This document shows, piece after piece, positions 18,096 to 27,686 of a stretch of DNA of 64,000 nucleotides. This stretch comes from Tardiphaga sp. Lineage in GTDB: Bacteria > Pseudomonadota > Alphaproteobacteria > Rhizobiales > Xanthobacteraceae. Both the position numbers and the translations under genes were made by a program. Within the stretch, counting starts at the first letter, position 1; each line of letters opens with the position of its first letter. The notes below the pieces were generated by a model that was not told where the DNA came from, ran no database searches, and saw only the letters and a list, made by a program, of their open reading frames with translations. The stretch covers positions 5,694 to 69,693 of the forward strand of contig NZ_JAQGJT010000113.1 in NCBI RefSeq assembly GCF_028290495.1. Direction: 5' to 3'.

Positions 18096-21000
18096 AGGCG
18101 TCCGCGCCCGGTGGCACGAATGTGCCTGGCGGCGCTGGCGCGCCTGACGGCAGCAAGTTGCCTCGCGGCGCTGGCGCGCCTGACTATGCCGAGATCGGTG
18201 TCACCAGCAATTTCTCGTTCCTGCGCGGCGCATCGCATCCGCAAGATTATGTGCATCAAGCCAGTGAATACCGGCTGCATGCGATCGGCATCGCCGACCA
18301 CAACACCTTGGCCGGCGTGGTGCGTGCCTATGCCGAGCTGGATAACAAGGATCTGACGCATAAGCCAAAATTGCTGATAGGGACGCGGCTCGTCTTTAAT
18401 GACGGGACGCCGGATATCCTCGCTTATCCCCGGGATCGCGAGGCCTATGGCCGGCTGTGCCGGCTGCTCAGTCAAGGCAAGCTGCGCGCCGGCAAGGGCG
18501 AATGCCATCTGCAGTTCGGCGACCTCGCCGAATTCAGTGAGGGTCTGCTGCTGGTGCTGATGCCGGCCTATCGCTTCGATGTCAGTCTGACGGTAAGCGT
18601 GCTCGCCGCGTTGTCGCATCTGCCTGCGGAAGGCGTCTGGCTCGCGGCCTGCCTGTTTCATCGCGGCGACGACAAGCGGCGCCTGGCCAGATTGCAGCGC
18701 GTCGCGTCGACCGCCCGCCTGCCTGTCATCGCGACCAACGATGTGCTCTATCACACGCCCGATCGCCGCATGCTGCAGGATGTGGTCAGTTGCATTCGCG
18801 AAAAGACCACCATCGAGAGCGCCGGTCGGGTGCTGGAGATGAATGCCGAGCGGCATCTGAAACCTGCCGCTGAGATGGCGAGGCTGTTTCGCGATTATCC
18901 CGAAGCGATCCACGAGACGATCGGCTTTGCGGATCGCATCACGTTTTCGCTCGACCAGCTTCAATACCAGTATCCCGACGAGCCGGTGCCTCCCGGCAAG
19001 ACCGCGCAACAGCATCTGGAAGATCTGACATGGGAGGGTTTGGAGCGGCATTTCCCGGGGATCATCGACGAGAAGCTGGAGAAAACCCTGAAAAAGGAAC
19101 TCGCGCTCATCGCCGAACTCGATTACGCGCATTATTTTCTGACAGTCCACGACATCGTTCGATATGCGCGCAGCCAGAACATCCTGTGCCAGGGCAGGGG
19201 ATCGGCGGCGAATTCCGCAGTCTGCTACATGCTGGATATTACCTCGGTCAATCCCGCCGAGGTAAATCTGCTGTTCGAACGTTTCATTTCAAAGGAGCGT
19301 CTTGAACCACCGGATATCGATGTCGACTTCGAGCACATTCGGCGCGAGGAGGTGATGCAATATGTCTATCGCCGTTACGGCCGGCATCGCGCGGCCATCA
19401 TCGCCACTGTGATTCACTATCGACCGCGCTCGGCGATCCGCGATGTCGGCAAGGCGCTGGGCCTCACCGAGGACGTCACCTCGGCGCTGGCCGACACCGT
19501 GTGGGGAAGCTGGGGCACTGGCCTCAACGAGATGCAGGTCAAGCAGGCCGGGCTCGATCCGCAGAACCCGATGATTGCGCGCGCCATCGCAATGGCCACC
19601 GAGTTGATCGAATTTCCCCGCCATCTTTCGCAGCATGTCGGCGGTTATGTGCTGACCCAGGACCGGCTCGATACCTATGTGCCCATCGGCAACGCGGCAA
19701 TGGATGACCGTACCTTCATCGAATGGGACAAGGACGACGTCGCGACCATGAAGATGATGAAGGTCGATGTGCTGGCGCTGGGCATGCTGACCTGCATCCG
19801 CAAGTGCTTCGATCTGATCGCCGATCACAAAGGTCCGCGTTTCCAGCTCAAGGATATCAAGGTCGAAGCCCCCGATGCCGAAGATGTTTTCAAGATGCTC
19901 CAGCGCGGCGAATCCCTTGGCGTGTTTCAGGTCGAAAGCCGCGCGCAGATGAACATGCTGCCGCGCCTGAAACCGAAGAATTTTTACGATCTCGTCATCG
20001 AGGTCGCGATCGTCCGCCCCGGCCCGATCCAGGGCGACATGGTGCATCCCTATCTCAAGCGGCGCTTGATGCGGGAGGAAGACATCGAATATCCCTTTCC
20101 CAAGGGGGGAAATAAAAACGAGTTGCGTGACGTGCTCTGCAAGACGCTCGGCGTGCCGCTGTTCCAGGAGCAGGCGATGCGGATCGCCATCGAGGCCGCA
20201 AAATTCACGCCGGAAGAAGCCAATGGATTGCGCCGGGCGATGGCGACATTCCGCAACATCGGAACAATCGGCAGTTTTGAGACCAAGATGGTCGGCAACA
20301 TGATTGCACGTGGTTACGATGAGAAATTCGCGCAGAACTGCTTCGAGCAGATTAAAGGCTTTGGCAGCTACGGTTTCCCCGAGAGCCACGCCGCCGCCTT
20401 TGCGCAACTGGTCTATGTCTCGTCCTGGCTGAAGCATTACCATCCCGATGCATTTTGCTGCGGGCTTTTGAACTCGCAGCCGATGGGATTTTACGCGCCG
20501 TCGCAGATCGTGCGCGATGCGCGCGAGAACGGCGTCGTGATCCGGAATATCGACGTGTCGTTCAGCCATAGCCAGAACACGCTGGAGGAACGCTGCGGGC
20601 CCTATCACGCCGTGCGGCTGGGTTTTCGACAGATCGACGGTTTCACCTGGGCCGATCCTGACGAGGAGCGCGAGCGGGCGAAGGCCGGCAAGCCTGCTGC
20701 CGAGGATTTTGGCGCGCGCATCGTCGCGGCACGAGCGAAAACCCCTTTCACCTCGCTGGAGGATTTCGCGCGCGTCACCGCGCTGCCGAAGCGGGCGCTG
20801 ATTCAGCTGGCGGATGCCGATGCGTTTGGCTCGATCGGTCTCGACCGTCGCGCGGCGCTGTGGGCTGTCAGGCGGTTGCCGGATGATGTGGCGTTGCCTT
20901 TGTTCGAGACCGCGCAGGCGCGCGAGCAGCCGGATGAAAATGCGGCTCCTTTGCCGCAGATGCCGCGCTCCGAACAGGTCGTCGCCGACTACCAGACCCT

Positions 21001-21517
21001 GCGGCTGTCGCTGAAGGGCCATCCGCTGGAATTTTTGCGGGAGATGTTCGACGCCGAGAAGGTCACGACCTGCCGCAGCGTCTCCGATACCAAGAGCAAC
21101 GGCCGCCGGGTGCGCTGCGCCGGCGTGGTGCTGGTGCGGCAGCGGCCGGGCAGCGCCAATGGCGTGGTGTTCATCACGCTGGAGGACGAGACCGGGATCG
21201 CCAATGTCGTGGTGTGGCCGGCGATCATGGAGCAGTTCCGCAAGGAGGTGATGGGCGCGCGGCTGCTGATGGTTGAGGGACGCATCCAGAGCAGTCCGGA
21301 AAAAGTAGTCCATCTGGTAGCGGAACGGTTGTTCGATCGCAGCCACGAGATGAACGCTCTGTCCGATAATCTCGCGTCCCGGCCGGCGATCCCGATCGGC
21401 CCGGCGCTGATCGAGCCTGTTAACGACGACCGCCGCGAGCACCCCGACAACCCCGCGCAAAAAATCCGCCATCCCCGCGATGTCCGTATCCTGCCACGGT
21501 CCAGGGATTTTCATTGA
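18092..21517 (+). CDS. dnaE2: Error-prone DNA polymerase DnaE2 (ImuC)
   Basis: SNFSFLRGASH, GRGSAANS, PPDIDVDFEH, SQHVGG, GFPESH and C-terminal SRDFH; ATGA overlap with the imuB stop. Confidence 0.97.
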   Translation: MKASAPGGTNVPGGAGAPDGSKLPRGAGAPDYAEIGVTSNFSFLRGASHPQDYVHQASEYRLHAIGIADHNTLAGVVRAYAELDNKDLTHKPKLLIGTRLVFNDGTPDILAYPRDREAYGRLCRLLSQGKLRAGKGECHLQFGDLAEFSEGLLLVLMPAYRFDVSLTVSVLAALSHLPAEGVWLAACLFHRGDDKRRLARLQRVASTARLPVIATNDVLYHTPDRRMLQDVVSCIREKTTIESAGRVLEMNAERHLKPAAEMARLFRDYPEAIHETIGFADRITFSLDQLQYQYPDEPVPPGKTAQQHLEDLTWEGLERHFPGIIDEKLEKTLKKELALIAELDYAHYFLTVHDIVRYARSQNILCQGRGSAANSAVCYMLDITSVNPAEVNLLFERFISKERLEPPDIDVDFEHIRREEVMQYVYRRYGRHRAAIIATVIHYRPRSAIRDVGKALGLTEDVTSALADTVWGSWGTGLNEMQVKQAGLDPQNPMIARAIAMATELIEFPRHLSQHVGGYVLTQDRLDTYVPIGNAAMDDRTFIEWDKDDVATMKMMKVDVLALGMLTCIRKCFDLIADHKGPRFQLKDIKVEAPDAEDVFKMLQRGESLGVFQVESRAQMNMLPRLKPKNFYDLVIEVAIVRPGPIQGDMVHPYLKRRLMREEDIEYPFPKGGNKNELRDVLCKTLGVPLFQEQAMRIAIEAAKFTPEEANGLRRAMATFRNIGTIGSFETKMVGNMIARGYDEKFAQNCFEQIKGFGSYGFPESHAAAFAQLVYVSSWLKHYHPDAFCCGLLNSQPMGFYAPSQIVRDARENGVVIRNIDVSFSHSQNTLEERCGPYHAVRLGFRQIDGFTWADPDEERERAKAGKPAAEDFGARIVAARAKTPFTSLEDFARVTALPKRALIQLADADAFGSIGLDRRAALWAVRRLPDDVALPLFETAQAREQPDENAAPLPQMPRSEQVVADYQTLRLSLKGHPLEFLREMFDAEKVTTCRSVSDTKSNGRRVRCAGVVLVRQRPGSANGVVFITLEDETGIANVVVWPAIMEQFRKEVMGARLLMVEGRIQSSPEKVVHLVAERLFDRSHEMNALSDNLASRPAIPIGPALIEPVNDDRREHPDNPAQKIRHPRDVRILPRSRDFH
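18104..18184 (+). repeat. In-frame 36-bp tandem repeat (about 2.25 copies) at the dnaE2 N-terminus
   Basis: gcgcccggtggcacgaatgtgcctggcggcgctggc / gcgcctgacggcagcaagttgcctcgcggcgctggc / gcgcctgac. Confidence 0.85.
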
Positions 21518-21587
21518 GGTTTCTTGCCTCGTCCGGCGATAGGATAGTACGCATCGATAATACGCATCTCATGGAAACGTCCTCGTC

Positions 21588-22985
21588 ATGCAATCCCCCC
21601 TCGACCTTCTAGCCGATCTCTGGGCTTCCACCGGCGGCGATGCGGCTGCGCTCGACGGCGTGACGCTGACCGGCGAAGAGCCGCAATTGCCGTCGTCGTT
21701 TCGTGTCGGGGCGGCAGCACAAATCAGCATCGCGGCGGCGGGACTCGCTGCGGCCGAGATATGGAAGCAACGCAGCGGACAGTCGCAGCAGATTTCGGTC
21801 GACATGCGTCACGCCGTCGTCGAATGCCGTTCCGAGCGCTACCTGCAACGCGACAGCGCGCCGCCGCCGTCGCTGTGGGATCCGATCGCGGGGGTCTACC
21901 AAACCGGCGATGGAAGGTTCGTCCGGCTGCACACCAACTTTCCACACCACCGCGACGCCGTCTGCCGCGTGTTGAACTGCGCGCCGGAGCGTGAAGCCGT
22001 GCAGGCGGCGCTGCGGCACTGGAACGGAGAAGCCTTCGAGACCGCGGCCTATGCGGCCGGCGGCGTGGTGGCGCTGATGCGCAGCCATGAGCAATGGATG
22101 GCGTTGCCGCAGGCCGCTTCGATCGCGGCTTTGCCACTGGTCGAAATCACGAGAACAGGCGAGGCGGCGCCGAAGCCGTGGCCGGCCGGCGACCGGCCGC
22201 TGGCGGGGCTGCGCGTGCTTGACCTGTCGCGCGTCATTGCCGGTCCCGTCGCCGGCCGCACATGGGCCGCGCATGGCGCCGAAGTGATGCTGGTGTCCGG
22301 GCCGCAACTGCCGGCGATCCCGTGGCTGACCATCGACACTGGCCGCGGCAAGCTGTCGAGCTTCATCGATCTTACGACCAGGCAGGGCTTGGATACACTT
22401 CGCGCGCTACTGCCACAGGCCGATATTTTCTCGCAGGGCTATCGCCCGAACGCGCTGGCGGCACTCGGTCTTTCGCCGCAGCACGTCGCGGCGATCAGTC
22501 CCGGCATCGTCTATGTCTCGCTGTCGGCCTATGGCCGGGCCGGGCCATGGTCGGACCGCCGCGGCTTCGACTCGCTGGTGCAGTGCGCGACCGGCTTCAA
22601 TCATGCCGAGGGGCAGGCAGCCGGTGTCGCAGGGCCGAAGGAATTGCCGGCGCAGATACTCGACCACGCCACCGGCTATCTGATGGCGTTCGGCGCGATG
22701 ATGGCGCGGGCGCGGCAGGCGCGCGAAGGTGGCAGCTGGCATGTCGAGGTCTCGCTGGCGCGGACCGCGCAGTGGCTTTGGCAGATGGGCCGCCTTCAGG
22801 ACGGCCTGACCGCCGCAGATATCATGCGCGCCGGCATCGCGCCGTTGCTGGAAGAAACCCCTTCCGGTTTCGGCCTGCTGTCGGCTGTTCGTCATGCAGC
22901 CGTGCTATCGTGGACGCCTGCCAAATGGGTGCGTCCGGCGGTACCGCTTGGAAATGATGCAGCGCACTGGCCGGTGTTCGGCTGA
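21588..22985 (+). CDS. CoA-transferase family III (CaiB/BaiF)
   Basis: LAGLRVLDLSRVIAGP, DTGRGK, QGYRP, RRGFDSLVQ. Confidence 0.9.
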   Translation: MQSPLDLLADLWASTGGDAAALDGVTLTGEEPQLPSSFRVGAAAQISIAAAGLAAAEIWKQRSGQSQQISVDMRHAVVECRSERYLQRDSAPPPSLWDPIAGVYQTGDGRFVRLHTNFPHHRDAVCRVLNCAPEREAVQAALRHWNGEAFETAAYAAGGVVALMRSHEQWMALPQAASIAALPLVEITRTGEAAPKPWPAGDRPLAGLRVLDLSRVIAGPVAGRTWAAHGAEVMLVSGPQLPAIPWLTIDTGRGKLSSFIDLTTRQGLDTLRALLPQADIFSQGYRPNALAALGLSPQHVAAISPGIVYVSLSAYGRAGPWSDRRGFDSLVQCATGFNHAEGQAAGVAGPKELPAQILDHATGYLMAFGAMMARARQAREGGSWHVEVSLARTAQWLWQMGRLQDGLTAADIMRAGIAPLLEETPSGFGLLSAVRHAAVLSWTPAKWVRPAVPLGNDAAHWPVFG

Positions 22986-23159
22986 CCCCGTTCACTTCAT
23001 TGCGAAGTTTTCACGGAAATTCGTACGCATGCATGCGTTTTTTGATTGTCTGCCCGCCCGGATACGCACTACTAGCGTTGTACTGGGACCAAACGCCGCA
23101 GATTGCCCGGCCCTTTCATAGAGGGTGTCGGGCGACGAGTTTTAAAGAAACGATTTCAA

Positions 23160-24377
23160 ATGCTTAGTAAAAAGCACATCGTACTGGGCATGGCTGCCGC
23201 GGCGGTCGTCGGGATCGGCGTCGTCGCCTTGACGCGCGGTGGCGAAGCGCCGCGCCGCAATTCCGAAATGTCCAGCCAGTCGCGCAAGAATCCGCAGCTC
23301 TACACCACGACACCGGCCGAATGGGCCAGCCTGACCGTCGAGCCGGTCAGTGCGCGCGCGTTTCGCGCCGAGCATGTCACCGAAGGCAAGATTGCCGTCG
23401 ATGAAGACAAGTCGACGCCGGTATTTTCGCCCTATGCCGGACGCGTGACCAAATTGCTCGCCAAGCCCGGCGACAGCGTCAAGCAGGGCCAGCCGCTGTT
23501 CACGATTGAGGCTGCCGACAATGTCGGCGCGCAGAACGATTTCATCAGCGCCGTGACCGGCCTCAACAAGGCGAAGTCGCAGCTCGAGCTGGCGCAGATT
23601 CAGGACAAGCGCGCCAAGGACCTGTTCGAGGGCCGCGCGGTGCCGCTAAAGGATTACCAGCAGACCCAGGCGACCCTGTTCCAGGCGCAGAACGACCAGC
23701 GCTCGGCCGAGACCGCGCTGGAAGCCGCGCGCAACCGGCTGCGGATTCTCGGCCTCACCGAGGAAGCCATCACCGCGTTTCAGGACAAGGGCCGCATCAA
23801 TCCGGAAACCACCATCTACGCCCCGATCGCCGGCACCGTCGTGCAGCGCAAGATCGGCCCCGGCCAGTTCGTCAGCGCCGGCGCCGCCGATCCGGTGTTC
23901 GTGATCGGCGACCTCTCGTCGGTATGGCTGACCGCTTTCGTGCGCGAGACCGAAGCCTCCGCGGTCGAACTCGGCCAGGAGATGACGTTCAACGTGCTGG
24001 CGCTGCCCGGCCGCGTGCTGACCGGCAAGATCAACTACGTCGCCACCGCGCTCGACCCGGCGACGCGCCGGCTGCTGGTGCGCGCCACCCTCGACAATGC
24101 CAGCGGCTCCCTGAAGCCGGAAATGTTCGCCACGGTGACGATCTTTGCGCCGGGTGATCAGCCGACCGTCGGCGTGCCGCGGCAGGCGCTGATCTATGAA
24201 GGCGACCAGGTGCGCATCTGGGTCGCGCATGACGACGACAAGACAATCGAACTGCGCGTCATCAAGACCGGCCTGATCAACGGCAATCTCGTCGAGGTCT
24301 ACGGCAATCTTCGGCCGGGCGAGCGCATCGTCACCAAAGGCAGCCTGTTCATCGATCGCGCGGCGTCCGCCAGCTAA
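23160..24377 (+). CDS. Heavy-metal RND periplasmic adaptor (CzcB-like)
   Basis: N-terminal TM, APIAGTV, DLSSVWL, LKPEMFA. Confidence 0.9.
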   Translation: MLSKKHIVLGMAAAAVVGIGVVALTRGGEAPRRNSEMSSQSRKNPQLYTTTPAEWASLTVEPVSARAFRAEHVTEGKIAVDEDKSTPVFSPYAGRVTKLLAKPGDSVKQGQPLFTIEAADNVGAQNDFISAVTGLNKAKSQLELAQIQDKRAKDLFEGRAVPLKDYQQTQATLFQAQNDQRSAETALEAARNRLRILGLTEEAITAFQDKGRINPETTIYAPIAGTVVQRKIGPGQFVSAGAADPVFVIGDLSSVWLTAFVRETEASAVELGQEMTFNVLALPGRVLTGKINYVATALDPATRRLLVRATLDNASGSLKPEMFATVTIFAPGDQPTVGVPRQALIYEGDQVRIWVAHDDDKTIELRVIKTGLINGNLVEVYGNLRPGERIVTKGSLFIDRAASAS

Positions 24378-24413
24378 TCCCCAGTTCCGACTGCTCTGAA
24401 AGGTCCGATCTGG

Positions 24414-27400
24414 ATGGATCGTCTCGTCGCCCTTGCCGTCAACCGCCGTTTTTTGATGGTGGGGATGTTCCTCGCCGTGCTGATCGGCGGCGTGATCGCC
24501 TTCAACCAGCTCAACATCGAAGCCTATCCCGATCCGACGCCGCCGATGGTCGACATCGTCACGCAGTCGCCCGGCCTGTCGTCGGAGGAGATCGAGCGCT
24601 ACATCACGATTCCGATCGAGACCCAGGTCGCCGGCATCAAGAACCTCAAGACGATCCGCACGATTTCGCTGTACGGCCTGTCCGACGTCAAACTGCAGTT
24701 CTCGTTCGTCTACACTTATGACGAAGCCCTGCTGCAGGTGCTGAACCGGCTGTCGCAGCTGGCGCCGCTGCCGGGCAACGTGCAGCCCGGCATTTCGCCG
24801 TTGTCGGCGATCGGCGAAATCTTTCGCTATCGTCTCGTCGGGCCGCCGAACTACAGCGTGCTCGATCTCAAGACGTTGCAGGACTGGGTGCTGCAGCGCC
24901 GCTTCCGCTCGGTGCCGGGCGTCATCGACGTCACCGGCTGGGGCGGCAAGACCAAGACGTATGAGATCCAGGTCGATTTCAGCAAGCTCGCTGCCTACGG
25001 CCTGACGCTGCCGCAACTGCTGACCGCGGTCGGCAACGCCAACATCAACGTCGGCGGCAACACCGTCAACATCGGCGCGCAGTCCGCCGTGGTGCGCGGC
25101 GTCGGCCTGATCCGCTCGATCGAGGATCTCGGCGACACCATGATCTCGCAGACATCCGGCAACCCGGTGCTGGTCAAGGACGTCGCCACCGTCTCGGTCG
25201 GCGAGAAGCCGCGGCTCGGCATCGCCGGGCTCAACCAGGACGATGACATCGTCCAGGGCATCGTGTTGATGCGCCGCGGCGAGAAGTCTTCGCCGACCAT
25301 CGCCCGCGTCGAACAGGCCGTGAAGGCGATCAACAATTCCAGCGTCCTGCCGCCCGGCGTGCATATCGAACGCATCTACGACCGCAAGGACCTGATCGAC
25401 GTCACCACCCACACCGTGCTGCACAACATGGTGGTCGGCATCCTGCTGATCGTGCTGCTGCAGTGGCTGTTCCTCGGCAATCTGCGCAGCGCGCTGATCG
25501 TCGGCGCGACGATTCCGTTCGCGCTGTTCTTCGCCGTCATCATCCTGGTGCTGCGCGGCGAATCCGCCAACCTGTTGTCGGTCGGCGCGATCGACTTCGG
25601 CCTGATCGTCGACGGCACCGTGATCATGGTGGAGGCGATCTTCCGCCGGCTGTCGCATACGACCCAATTGTCGGAGGCCGAGGCCAGCCACATTTCGCCC
25701 GAGACCGTGATGGGCATGAAAAGCCACGGCATCCTCAGCGCCTCGTCCGACGTGTCGCGCTCGATCTTCTTTGCTGCGGCAATCATCATCGCGGCGTTCC
25801 TGCCGCTGTTCACGCTGTCCGGCGTCGAGGGCAATATCTTCGGGCCGATGGCGCGGACCTATGCCTATGCGCTGGCCGGCGGCCTGATCGCGACCTTCAC
25901 GATCACGCCGGCGCTGTCCGCGATCATCCTGCCCGCCCATGTGCAGGAGACCGAGACCTGGATCATGCGGCAGCTGCACCGTGCCTATACGCCGATCCTG
26001 AACTGGGCCGTCGCCAGCCGCAAGATCGTGCTCGGCGCCGGCATCGCGCTGGTGGTGCTCACCGTCATTCTCGCGCGCATGCTGGGGCTCGAATTCCTGC
26101 CCAAGCTGGAGGAGGGCAACCTGTGGATCCGCGCCACCCTGCCGCCGACCATCTCGCTGCAGGAGGGCAACGGCTACGTCAACGAGATGCGCAAGCTGAT
26201 CAACGCGCAGCCCGAAGTGGAATCCGTGGTGTCGCAGCACGGCCGCCCGGATGATGGCACCGATGCCGCAGGCCTGTTCAACGCCGAGTTCTTCGCCCCG
26301 CTGAAGCCCTCCAGCGAATGGCCGGCGCCGCGGGACAAGGATGCGCTGACGGCGCGGCTGCTGAAGGATCTGCAGAACAAGTTTCCCGGCGTCGAATTCA
26401 ACTTCTCGCAATATTTGCAGGACAACGTCTCCGAAGCCGTGTCCGGCGTGAAGGGCGAGAATTCCATCAAGCTGTTCGGCAACGATCTGGAGGCGCTGAC
26501 CGTCACCGCCAACAAGATCAAGTCGGTGCTGGCGACCGTACAGGGCGTCACCGATCTGGCGGTGTTCACCTCGCTGGGACAGCCGACCATCCAGATCGAT
26601 ATCGACCGCGCCAAGGCCGCGCGCTACGGCCTGTCGCCGGGCGATATCAACGCCACCATCAAGGTGGCGATCGGCGGCGACAGCGCCGGCGATCTCGACG
26701 AGCCCGGCTCCGATCGCCATTTTCCGGTCATCGTTCGTCTCGCACCGGAATATCGCAAGAGCGCTGAAGCGATCCAGAACCTGCGGATCGGTGCGGCCGG
26801 GCCGAACGGCGCTATCACCCAGATTCCGCTCAGCGAAGTCGCGACGATCAATCTGGTGTCGGGCGCGGCCTACATCTACCGCGAGGGCCAGGAACGCTAT
26901 CTGCCGATCAAGTTCTCGGTACGCGAGCGCGACCTCGGCAGCGCGATCCGTGAGGCGCAGGACAAGGTCGCAGCGCAAGTGCAACTGCCGGCCGGCTCAC
27001 GCGCCGAATGGGTAGGCGAGTTCGGCAACCTGCAGGATGCGATTGCGCGGCTGTCGATCGTGGTGCCGATCAGTCTGCTGCTGATCGGCGTGCTCTTGTG
27101 GTTCAACTTCGGCTCGATGGCCGATACGCTGCTGGCGATGAGCGTGATCCCGATGGCGATCTTCGGCGGCGTGGTCGGTCTGTTGATCTTCGACATTCCG
27201 TTCAGCGTCTCGGCGGCGATCGGCTTCATCGCTCTGTTCGGCATCGCCGTCATGGACGGCATCCTGATCCTGTCGCAGTACAACCAGCTGATCGATGAGG
27301 GCTATGAGCGCATCAAGGCGGTGATCCGCACCGGCGAACTGCAATTGCGCCCGGTGCTGATGACCTGCATCGTCGCCGGAATCGGATTGCTGCCGGCCGC

Positions 27401-27542
27401 GCTGTCCGAGGGCATCGGCTCGCAGGTGCAGAAGCCGCTGGCCGTGGTGGTCGTGGTCGGCATGATGCTGGCCCCGTTCGTGATCCTGATCACGTTGCCG
27501 GTGCTGATCTCGGTATTCTCGCGCAAGACGCAGGGGCGGTAG
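24414..27542 (+). CDS. CusA/CzcA family RND permease
   Basis: GAIDFGLIVDG..IMVE, EFLPKLEEG, LRPVLMT, QKPLAVVV; 1042 aa. Confidence 0.94.
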   Translation: MDRLVALAVNRRFLMVGMFLAVLIGGVIAFNQLNIEAYPDPTPPMVDIVTQSPGLSSEEIERYITIPIETQVAGIKNLKTIRTISLYGLSDVKLQFSFVYTYDEALLQVLNRLSQLAPLPGNVQPGISPLSAIGEIFRYRLVGPPNYSVLDLKTLQDWVLQRRFRSVPGVIDVTGWGGKTKTYEIQVDFSKLAAYGLTLPQLLTAVGNANINVGGNTVNIGAQSAVVRGVGLIRSIEDLGDTMISQTSGNPVLVKDVATVSVGEKPRLGIAGLNQDDDIVQGIVLMRRGEKSSPTIARVEQAVKAINNSSVLPPGVHIERIYDRKDLIDVTTHTVLHNMVVGILLIVLLQWLFLGNLRSALIVGATIPFALFFAVIILVLRGESANLLSVGAIDFGLIVDGTVIMVEAIFRRLSHTTQLSEAEASHISPETVMGMKSHGILSASSDVSRSIFFAAAIIIAAFLPLFTLSGVEGNIFGPMARTYAYALAGGLIATFTITPALSAIILPAHVQETETWIMRQLHRAYTPILNWAVASRKIVLGAGIALVVLTVILARMLGLEFLPKLEEGNLWIRATLPPTISLQEGNGYVNEMRKLINAQPEVESVVSQHGRPDDGTDAAGLFNAEFFAPLKPSSEWPAPRDKDALTARLLKDLQNKFPGVEFNFSQYLQDNVSEAVSGVKGENSIKLFGNDLEALTVTANKIKSVLATVQGVTDLAVFTSLGQPTIQIDIDRAKAARYGLSPGDINATIKVAIGGDSAGDLDEPGSDRHFPVIVRLAPEYRKSAEAIQNLRIGAAGPNGAITQIPLSEVATINLVSGAAYIYREGQERYLPIKFSVRERDLGSAIREAQDKVAAQVQLPAGSRAEWVGEFGNLQDAIARLSIVVPISLLLIGVLLWFNFGSMADTLLAMSVIPMAIFGGVVGLLIFDIPFSVSAAIGFIALFGIAVMDGILILSQYNQLIDEGYERIKAVIRTGELQLRPVLMTCIVAGIGLLPAALSEGIGSQVQKPLAVVVVVGMMLAPFVILITLPVLISVFSRKTQGR

Positions 27543-27550
27543 GGCGCTAA

Positions 27551-27594
27551 CTTCACCTCGCCCCGCGAAGCTTCGCGCGGCGGGGGAGGTCAAG
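27551..27594. repeat. CTCCC-type hairpin repeat
   Basis: CTTCACCTCGCCCCGCGAAGCTTCGCGCGGCGGGGGAGGTCAAG; related hairpins near 38473, 46268 and 47810. Confidence 0.6.
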
Positions 27595-27607
27595 TGCCCC
27601 CTCGATT

Positions 27608-27621
27608 TTGATTTGCGTCAA
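27608..27621. promoter_or_regulatory. FixK/FNR-type box
   Basis: TTGAT-TTGC-GTCAA (TTGA-N6-TCAA), centred about 72 bp upstream of the puuD ATG. Confidence 0.6.
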
Positions 27622-27686
27622 CCGGACCACGGCTGCGCCGTGCCAGAAATACGGTTTGCGCTGGATGGAATGGGGAACGATCCGCG

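Noticed and set aside
23646-26984. 1112-aa antisense ORF, and similar long ORFs at 19289-21514, 13047-14777, 35237-37162, 54750-56723, 56660-58681 and 59733-61535
   Set aside because: They lie opposite well-supported genes, show no family motifs, and are expected shadows of high-GC codon usage.
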